Part shown: piece after piece, positions 55,120 through 64,000 of the stretch
How positions within the stretch are numbered: the first letter of the stretch is position 1
Layout of the letters: each line of letters begins with the position of its first letter
Source of the DNA: Felis catus
Taxonomy: Eukaryota
Direction: 5' to 3'
Assembly: GCF_018350175.1 (NCBI RefSeq)
Contig: NC_058368.1
Span: 192,264,001-192,328,000 of the forward strand
Length of the DNA: 64,000 nt
Program-made: the position numbers and the translations under genes
The notes under the pieces: generated by a model
What the model saw: the letters and a program-made list of their open reading frames with translations, nothing else
What the model was told of the DNA's origin: nothing
The model's database searches: none

Positions 55120-55972
55120 TGAAGATAAGTCCACTAAAGATGGACACTCTCTTGCAGGACAATTTGGCCATGTCTAAAAACTTTAACTCCGCAATTCTAG
55201 GTGTTGGAAATTAACTGTACTCACACGTGCAAAATGACAAGTATACAGGCACTGTCATTACAGCAGTGTTTGTCATAGCAAAAGACCACAGGAACCTCTC
55301 TGTCCATCAGTAAGAGACTAGCTAAATCTCATACCTCTACGGTAGAATCTCTTGGGAAAAATTAGGCAGCTCTTTGCATTCTAGTATGGAGTGAAGCTCC
55401 AAAAGCGTAGTAGGGAGAAGACTCAAGATGTTGATACATGACAATATTTACTACTCTGTCATTTATGTTTGTCTTCACATAGTATTTCAAAAAGGTTTCA
55501 AAAGAAACTAGAAATAATGGTTGTCTCTAGGCAAAGGAATTTGGATGAGTTTGGGTGGGAGGACACCAGAATAACAAGGTAAATTATGCCATGCCCAGTT
55601 TTTTAACTTTATTCAAGTATACTTTAAAAAAAAAAAAAAAAAAAAGAAGTACACAGGTTATGATGGCACAAACTGAATACACCCTTGTAACCAGCACCAT
55701 ATCAAGAAGTATAACACTGCCAGAAAGCACCTAGGAAGCTTCCCTCATGCTCCTGTTCATTCAGTCTCCACACACCCCAACAAGGCTAATCACTGCCCTG
55801 ACTTCCATATTCTCTTGTACCTTTTGAATTTTGCATTATTTTTTATGTGTTAGCTAATCAAAGAGAAAAAAATTTATGTTTCAAAACATGGGTATAGGGC
55901 GAGTAAATGAAGCAGATAATCTGTAATGATAACTGAATTCAGAGTATCTAAATGCTCTACTTAGTGTGGTGA

Positions 55973-56245
<273 letters not shown>

Positions 56246-56699
56246 TGAACCACCAGTTGGGCACAGTGTGGAATTAATCTGCTGACCGGTACCACTTAAC
56301 GATAACCAGCAGAAATCTTGGTTGTAATTAAACATTGCAGACGTACAGAAATACATGCACACTAGCGTAACAAACACCAGTGTACCCACTACCCATACTT
56401 AACAAGCGTTAACTTCGATCAGTATTTGCCACTGATCTTTTTCAGAATTTCTTTATCCCTAAAGTTGCAAACATAGAGAAACCATGTAATACAAAAGAGA
56501 TGGGATCTTGTCAGCCACCCCAAAAGCTCCCCATGTCCCCAACTGTTGTTGTTTTTAATTATAACACTCCAGATTTGACTGAATTGCCTTTCTCTAGTTC
56601 TGTCCTCATCCTTTCTCTAAGAAGCAACCATTCTGCTGAGATTGGTTTGAATCCTTCCTCTCCAAGTTACTACACTTTCACTATAATACATTTGTAAGT

Positions 56700-58560
56700 A
56701 ATGACAAACAAAAGGAGTAAAATATTTCTTATAAACAGCATACAGGTTTTTTTTATCCATTCTGATGGTTTCTGTCTTTTAATTGGAATGGTTAGGCCAT
56801 TTACATTAAATATAAATATTGGTGCAATTAAAATTTACCATCTTGCTATTTTGCTTTCTTTTGGATTACTTGAATATTTTCTTATCTCCAATCCTGGCTT
56901 ATTAGCTATACTCTATTTTATGGTTGCTTTAGGGTTGATGATGATTAGCATGTTTTTTTAATTTTTAAGTTTATTTATTTATATTGAGAGAGAGGGAGAG
57001 AGAATCCCAAGCAGGCTCCACACCATCAGCACAGAGCCCAACGTGGGGCTCAGACCCACAAACCATGAGATCGTGACCTGATCTGAAACCAAGAGTCAGG
57101 CATTTAACCGACTGAGCCACCCAGGCGCCCCATGATTAGCGTTTTTAATTTTCACAGTTTACTTTCAACTAATATTGTCCTACACCTTATATAAAACTTA
57201 TTTCTTTCCTTCCCTCCTGTCCTTTCTGCTACTTACTTGTCATATATTTGACATGTTATAGCCCCACATTACAGTGTTAGAATTTTTGCTTTAACCTGTC
57301 ATCTTTTTAAATAACTTTTTAACTTTAAAACTTTTTTTATATCACCCACATACTTATTTCTAGCATTTTTCATTCTCTTACGTAGGTCCAACGTTCCAAC
57401 TGCTATCAATTCCTTCTTCACCTGAACAAGAATTTCATTTTTTTTGTAGTGTGATTCTTCTGGTGACCAATTCCATCAGCTTTTGTTTGTCTATAAAAGT
57501 CTTTAATTTTGCCTTCATTTTAAAGGATCTTTCTCTGGGGGTAGAATTCTAGATTGGCAGTTTTTGTCTTTCAGGGCTTCAGAGATGACTATTTACTCTT
57601 ACATTGTTCTTGACTTGACTGCATCTATTCCCATCTTTGTTATATAGGAACTGTCATTTTTTTCTCACTGTTTTTAGAACTTTCTCCATCACTGATTTTC
57701 AGCCATTTGATGTGATGGCTTTGGTGAGACTTTGTCTTTTTCCTGTTTTGGTTTGTCTTCCTCTGAAGGGTGTTGAACTCTGTTTTAGTGAGCACTAAAG
57801 TTGCTAATAGAACAGCTTGATCTTTTCATGGCTTGTTTTTAAGGTTTCTTAGAACAGGTTTAGAGAAATCTTTTTTTTTTTTTTTAAGTTTATTTATTTT
57901 GAGAGAGAGAGTGTGCAGGAGAGGCAAAGAGAGAGAGAATCCCAAGCAGGCTCCTTACTGTCAGCGTAGAACCCAACGTGGGGCTTGAACTCACGAACCG
58001 TGAAATCATGACCCGAGCCAAAATCAAGAGTCGGACACCTAACCGACCGAGCCACCCAGAGAAATCTATATTCTAGAATTAGTTTGTCCTTCTACCTTCT
58101 GGTGTCTTTACTGAATGCCTGTGTGTTCAACAAATCAGAACTCAAATGTCTGGCTGGTCAAAACACAGAAGTCCCCTATGCCCTGAGTGAACTCTGGGAA
58201 TTATTCAGCTTATAATTCCCTGATTGTTCTTTATCCAGCCTTAAGGAATGTCCTACACATGCATGGCTTTGTGTTTAGCCAAAGACTCATGAGATCCCCA
58301 AACAGAGTTCTGTAGGGCTTCCCCTGGATAGCTTCTTCCTTCCTATTATCCTGCCCCTCATATTCCAATTATTTTGTCTCTCCTCCACTCAGTAAGACTG
58401 CTGGGGCTCTGCTGGGTTCTCTATAGGAAAATGGCTATTAGGAGGTTCCCTTCTCTCGGGGATAACAATCCTGAGCTGCCTGGATCCAATGTCTGAAAAC
58501 AGTTGTTTCATACATATTTTGTCTAGTTTAGTGGCAGGAGGGTAAGTCTGGTAAGTTGAT
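56700..58560 (-). mobile_element. Old L1M fragment(s), antisense, interrupted by two SINEs
   Basis: T-rich L1 antisense motifs (tatccattctga...ccatttacatt; tagaattctagattggcag). Confidence 0.6.
56960..58040 (-). mobile_element. Two antisense carnivore SINEs (~56960-57131, ~57872-58040)
   Basis: SINEC motifs; TSDs atgattagc and agagaaatct. Confidence 0.85.
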
Positions 58561-59000
58561 GTCTCAAAATACTTCTTAAACATTGCTCTGCATAGATCAC
58601 CTTAATCTAAAATACTTTTATTCTAGCTACAACTTTATGTTGGCTACAACTCAGAAGTTGTAGGTCAGTTGAAAATATTAGCTCACTGAATTATACAGAT
58701 ACTCCAGATGTTAACACATTTCATTATAAAATATCCAGAAACATTCACATTCTTAAATATCACCATCAGTCTCTTCAGAAAAGTCTTTAGCATTTGGGAA
58801 GCTATCTAGCCCACAGTGGCAGGCATAGATTTTCTAAAATTCTCGTTTTCACTTGAAAGCTCAAAATTTATCATTGGCAAAAATACTGTTGGTTGTCAAG
58901 TGACAGACTTGGGGATCCCCAGGAATCCACAGACCACACGTTAAGAACTGCTGACCCAGGTGAAGAATTGAGCTCAGCATGTGGTTTTAACTTCCCACGT

Positions 59001-59220
59001 GGGGTGCCTGGGTGGCTCAGTCGATTGAGCGTCCGACTTCGGCTGGTCAGGTCATGATCTCACGGTTCATGGTTTCAAGCCCCGCGTTGGGCTCTGTGCT
59101 GAGCTCGGAGCCTGGAGCCTGCTTCAGCTTCTGTGTCTCCCTCTCTCTCTGCCCCTCCCCTGCTCACGCTGTCTCTCTCTGACTCTCAAAAATAAATAAA
59201 TGTAAAAAAAAAAAAAAAAT
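59001..59220 (+). mobile_element. Carnivore SINE with TSD ttaacttcccac
   Basis: SINEC motifs and TSD. Confidence 0.9.
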
Positions 59221-59350
59221 TTAACTTCCCACATAGTGCAGGAAAATGGTTTTGTACAGGAAGTTGGAACAGTATAAACAACACAAGAGGGACAGTTTAT
59301 CCTATCTTCCAGACTTTTCAAATTGGCTTTTTATCTGTTCTGGCCTCTAG

Positions 59351-59470
59351 GGAAGCTATTGCAGTTGCCAAGGCCCGACTGCGCCCAGAAGACCCGATCC
59401 TGAAGGACCTGTACCTCACCTGGGGAGCCATCCTGGAAAAAGACGGCCATTATGCCGTGGCCGCCAAATG
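59351..59470 (+). CDS. GEMIN5: GEMIN5 exon 22 ([15 protein letters not shown]...YAVAAKC)
   Basis: AG/GT, 120 nt. Confidence 0.95.
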
Positions 59471-59897
59471 GTAAGCTGGAGGGAACAGGCATGTACCCAA
59501 ACATCGAAGAGCTGTGATGCAGAAGAGCAGGACCAGAGTAGTAAGTTTAGAGGGGGAGGTAAAGTGACTAGAAAACAAAAAGCCTTATGTGTATTAAAGC
59601 TAGCTTCATAAGATTCATCGTCCTTGAATGAATCCTTTATATAAACCACCTCCCTTATATAAATCACCATAACTACTGAAGAAACCTCAGTAGCAGACTC
59701 AGAAATTCCACCTTTCTCTAGTAATGTCTGTACTATCAAATAAGGAAACTGGGAGAGAATAAAAACTCTATTTGGGTTCAGTTCAGCAAATGTATGTCCT
59801 TACCCTGTAGGATGCTGCCACTCATTCTCTATGTTGAGATGGAAGAGGGTATAGGAGATCTGTTCATGACACTTTTGGGTTTTTGTTTGTATTACAG

Positions 59898-60108
59898 CTA
59901 TTTAGGGGCTGCTTCTGCTTATGATGCAGCCAAAGTTTTATCCAAGAAGGGAGACGCAGCATCACTTAAAACAGCTGCAGAACTGGCTTCAATTGTAGGA
60001 GAGAATGAGTTGTCCTCTTCCCTGGCTCTCAGATGTGCCCAGGAGCTGCTTTTGGCCAGGAACTGGGTGGGAGCCCAGGAAGCACTGAAGCTACATGAAA
60101 GTCTAAAG
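59898..60108 (+). CDS. GEMIN5: GEMIN5 exon 23 ([14 protein letters not shown]...LHESLK)
   Basis: AG/GT, 211 nt. Confidence 0.95.
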
Positions 60109-61621
60109 GTCAGTCTGTTCTTGTATCTCCAGGTATTTAAGAGGGAAAGGCCACAAGTCCTTTTCTAGTCAAATTCCAAATGAATAACCCAGTTGCACAG
60201 CTGTCCCAGTTTGGCAGGTACCCTTAGAAGTGTCCAGCAAGCCCTGGCCATACTATCCCATGGAAGTACCATGGCTTGTCCACTGCCATATTCAGAGTAA
60301 GAGATAATGTAATCATTCATATTATTCTCCTTCCTTATCAATTTGTGTACAACATACATGAGTCGATTTTAGTCAGCATAGCCCTGAGCCAGCAGTCTGG
60401 TGTTTCTTTATTGGTGTCATCAGGTCTTCTTTGAAGAGGGAGAGGAAGGGGAGGATTTCCAACAGAAATCAAGGTGCTCCGCCATAGATAGCATCACTCT
60501 TTAACTATAAGCCATAACGAAGTGTGGCGAAATCAACATTTTGTTAAATGTCTGTTTATCCCTTTCTGGTTAACTATGAGTAACTCACCACTGTTTTATT
60601 TGACGCATCAAACTGAGATTACTTTAAAAGCATCAGCACTCTCATTTTCTAAAACACATAAACATTTTAGATAGCTTTACTGCTCAGATACTAACATGAA
60701 CTTTGTAAGCTCCCCTCTCCCTAATAGAGTAACTGGACCTAAAGACAGTTCCTACCTAAATATTGAAACCCAAGAAAAATAGTAGCTTTCTAGGAAAGCT
60801 ACTTCCTAGCAAAAGTAATATGCCCTCAAAGACAGTGTCACTTGGTGTGTTACTTATAAAATGACCGAATCTAAAGAGATTTTAATTTATCCATAGCAAA
60901 AAAAAAAAATTCCAGAATGGTTATTTAAGCATTTCTTTTTTCTTTTAAAAAGCATCCTTATGAAAGCAAGAAAACCTTTACGTTTATGCAGAATGCTGTT
61001 CTGGTCATTGTCAGGCTATTTGGGCTAATATTTTGCCAAACCGAACTGAGAAAATACTGTTACAAGGGTATACGTGAACCTCATGGCAACTGAAGGTCTT
61101 AGCAAAAAGAAAGATACTTGCTGACTCCTCTGAAGCCTGCTGGGACATGGCACCCGATACCTGCCGCAGCTGTCATATCTGCACAGCTTATCTGCTCTAG
61201 CACCTTCTGCCCATTGCACTTTGCTTCTGTATCCCTTAATGTAAAGTTTGGACGGGGGAAAGAACTGGATGAGCCCAGGCTGTCTTTTCTCAAACTGGGT
61301 CATAAGTCTTAGGTGACTGTCCTGTATGTGGTCTACACTGCAGTGGATAGGGCTGTAGTTGGGATTCTGTGTCGTAAAACTATTTGCTTGGGCTCCAGGC
61401 TACCTCCAGGATTCCTGCAAAGGCATCTGGAAAAATGTCTATTAGATCACCTCTTTACCCCCCGCCCCCTCACTCAATGACTCACACTGGCCAGAGGCAG
61501 CCCCCTAAAGGGTCTGGTTGCTGCAGATGCGATGGGGAACACAGAGAAACTGAGAAGAGCTCTTGAGATAATCAGGCACTTCCATTGCCTAACAGTTCCT
61601 GTCCTTGTTGTTGGGTTTCAG

Positions 61622-61870
61622 GGGCAGAGACTGGTGTTTTGCCTTCTTGAGCTCCTGTCCAAGCGCCTGGAGGAAAGGCAGCTTTCGGAGGGCAAAAGTT
61701 CTTCCTACAATGTGTGGGCTGCAGGCACTGAAGGGCCCTTCGTGGAGAGGGTGACTGCAGTATGGAAGAGCACCTTCAGCCTGGAGACCCCAGAGCAGTA
61801 CCAGGCAGCATTACAGCAGCTGCAAACTATCAAGTACCCATCTGCTACAAATAACACTCCCTCCAAACAG
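61622..61870 (+). CDS. GEMIN5: GEMIN5 exon 24 ([12 protein letters not shown]...NNTPSKQ)
   Basis: AG/GT, 249 nt. Confidence 0.95.
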
Positions 61871-62494
61871 GTACCCTGTCTGCACTCTGCAGTAAGCCTT
61901 CCTTAATCCACGTCTAGTATAATAAGGAAACCAACTGAATGCCAGTTTGCATTTCAGAAAAGACTAAGGCAGGCACAGGCAACCTGGAAAGATCCCTTCA
62001 AGACTAATTAAGGCCCTTTAGCTTTGAAGTTAGTCTTAGATCAGTATTCTCTTTAAAAAAAAAAAAAAAAGCCTAAACCTACACAAAAACACAGAGAAAA
62101 ATATAGTACTCATCAACCAGGAATTACCAGAGTTCACGTGATTTGTCATTTTGCTTCATAGAGTTTTTTTGGTTTTATTTTGCATATATTCTTCTAGTTT
62201 TTAGTAAAAGAAATAAAGTAAGTTTGAAGTCCCTGGTGTCCCGGACCTTCCTTTGGTCCCATTCTCCTTTCCTAGCTTACCAAAGTCAGCCCCTAGGTCA
62301 CTCATAGTATTATTTTTTGCCTCACTTCAGTGACCAGTTTGTAAAATCTATCTGTATTGATGCAGAGAGATAAGGTTGATTCATTATAGCAGCTATACCC
62401 ATCCTATAAATGTATGTCAATTTATCTGCTTTTTCTTTTGAAAATGGAGGAAGGCTCATTTATTTTTGAGGAATGAGACTTCCTCAAATGATAA

Positions 62495-63075
62495 TATAGC
62501 ACCTTGGGAAACAGTTTGGCAGTTTCCTATTAAGTTAAATATAGACGTGCCCAGTGACCCAGCAATCCCACTGCCCAGATATTTCACTAAAAGAAATACA
62601 GCCTTGTACACAGCTGTTCGTTGCAGCTTAGCGGACAGCAGCCAAAAGCTAGAACAACCCAGACATCCATCAGCTGCTGAATGGATGTGCAAACTAGCCT
62701 ATCCAGACAGTGGAATACTATACGTGCAGCAATACAAAGGAACAAGCTAGTGATATACAAATCATACTGGTAAATCTGGAAAGCATTATGGTAAGTGAAA
62801 GAACCAAGACACAAAAGACTACACGCTGTGGTTCCATTTATCTGAATTCTAGAAAAGACAAAATTTATAGTGACAAAAACCAGGTGAGGGGTTGCAGGGG
62901 GTGGGGAGAGAGGAATGCCTGCAAAGGGGCATATGGGAATATTCTGCAGTGACGAAAATGTTCTGTCTTGATCGTGGTGGTGATTGTAGCATGTGTATCT
63001 ATAGAGATACGTGTATTTATCAAAATTCATCAAATGGCTCACTTAAAACTGATAAATTTTCTTACTTGTACAATT
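62495..63075 (+). mobile_element. Old L1M 3' fragment
   Basis: ETVWQFPIKLNIDVPSDPAIPL ORF2-end remnant and 3'UTR. Confidence 0.75.
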
Positions 63076-63387
63076 TTCTTAATTGTACTCCGGGTTGGTT
63101 GGTTGAATTACAGCTTTTAGTTCTGAAACTCACTTTTTAATTAAATGTAAATGTCACAGCATTTTTTTTTAGCATGAACAGACTTTAACACCAGACAAGG
63201 TATGTTGCTGTGCAACTAGATATGGAAGTTTCTCAGGGAAGCAAAAATGGGTGATGGAGACAGAAGGACCTTTCTTAAACTTGCACTGTGTCCTTCCTTC
63301 CAAGTGCAGTCAATAGGAATATTTCTGTATCATCCCAGTGCTTGCTGTGCAAGAATGTTTAACTGAAACTCTGGCTTTTCCCTCCAG

Positions 63388-63550
63388 CTTCTGCTTCATA
63401 TTTGCCATGATCTGACGTTGGCAGTGCTAAGCCAGCAGGTGGCCTCCTGGGACGTGGCTGTGGAAGCCCTGCTTCGGGCTGTGGTCCGGAGCTACGACTC
63501 TGGAAACTTCACCATCATGCAGGAAGTGCACTCAGCCTTTCTTCCTGAGG
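63388..63550 (+). CDS. GEMIN5: GEMIN5 exon 25 ([17 protein letters not shown]...SAFLPE); gene continues past the window
   Basis: AG/GT, 163 nt. Confidence 0.94.
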
Positions 63551-63841
63551 GTAAATGACCCCAACCTTTGCCGGAGCATGCCTACTAATGGATGATGTAA
63601 ACACCACCGATGGTGTAGCACCAGGAATACAAACATTATTGAAAGAGACTGGCCAGTTGTGTCATTTAGCACCAAGTTTGAATTCTCTTACCCAAGCTCC
63701 TAAGAGGGGGCCAGAACGGCTAAGCTGTTTTCCTTTACCTGGCCCTACCTACCTTACCTACCTTGCTGCCTTCTACAGATTTTTCTCCATGGTTTAAGAG
63801 AAATAGCAATGTGCTCAGAAGTTAAGAATGGAGAAGCACAT

Positions 63842-63963
63842 GGGGCGCCTGGCTGGCTCAGTTGGAAGAGCATGCAGCTCTTGATCTCAGGGTCGTGAGT
63901 TCAAGCCCCACATTAGGTGTAGAGATTACATTAAATAAATAAATAGACTTAAAAAAAAAAAAA
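63842..63963 (+). mobile_element. Short carnivore SINE with 17-bp TSD aagaatggagaagcaca
   Basis: Direct repeat at 63824-63840 and 63964-63980. Confidence 0.9.
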
Positions 63964-64000
63964 AAGAATGGAGAAGCACAACAGAAGGGACATTCTTTGA

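Noticed and set aside
60781..60809. Hairpin agtagctttc-tag-gaaagctact with an overlapping second inverted repeat
   Set aside because: A 10-bp stem in mid-intron, too short for a pre-miRNA and with no supporting context.

Overview
Mammalian genomic DNA, almost certainly a felid (dense carnivore tRNA-derived SINEs including young SINEC_Fc-type copies, plus carnivore L1). Two spliced protein-coding genes lie head-to-head around a CpG-rich promoter region. MRPL22 is on the - strand (coding exons 1-5, 26400->4506; the rest lies left of the window). GEMIN5 is on the + strand (coding exons 1-25, 27858->63550; the 3' exons lie beyond the window). All exons have GT-AG boundaries and join in continuous phase. 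The introns hold L1s, about 30 SINEs, MIR/L2/MER fossils, microsatellites and an antisense RPL21 processed pseudogene. The most striking unexplained feature is a perfect 46-nt antisense copy of the GEMIN5 exon-14 splice acceptor plus exon start, sitting in intron 15, which could form an RNA duplex over that 3' splice site. Other oddities are a recursive-splice-like AG|GTAAGA at exon 16, a 5'-intact but 3'-truncated tailless L1 with a target-site duplication (TSD), a ~1 kb orphan insertion inside an L2, and a near-identical inverted SINE pair sharing variants. Gene, protein and repeat identities come from recognition and recall, not database searches.
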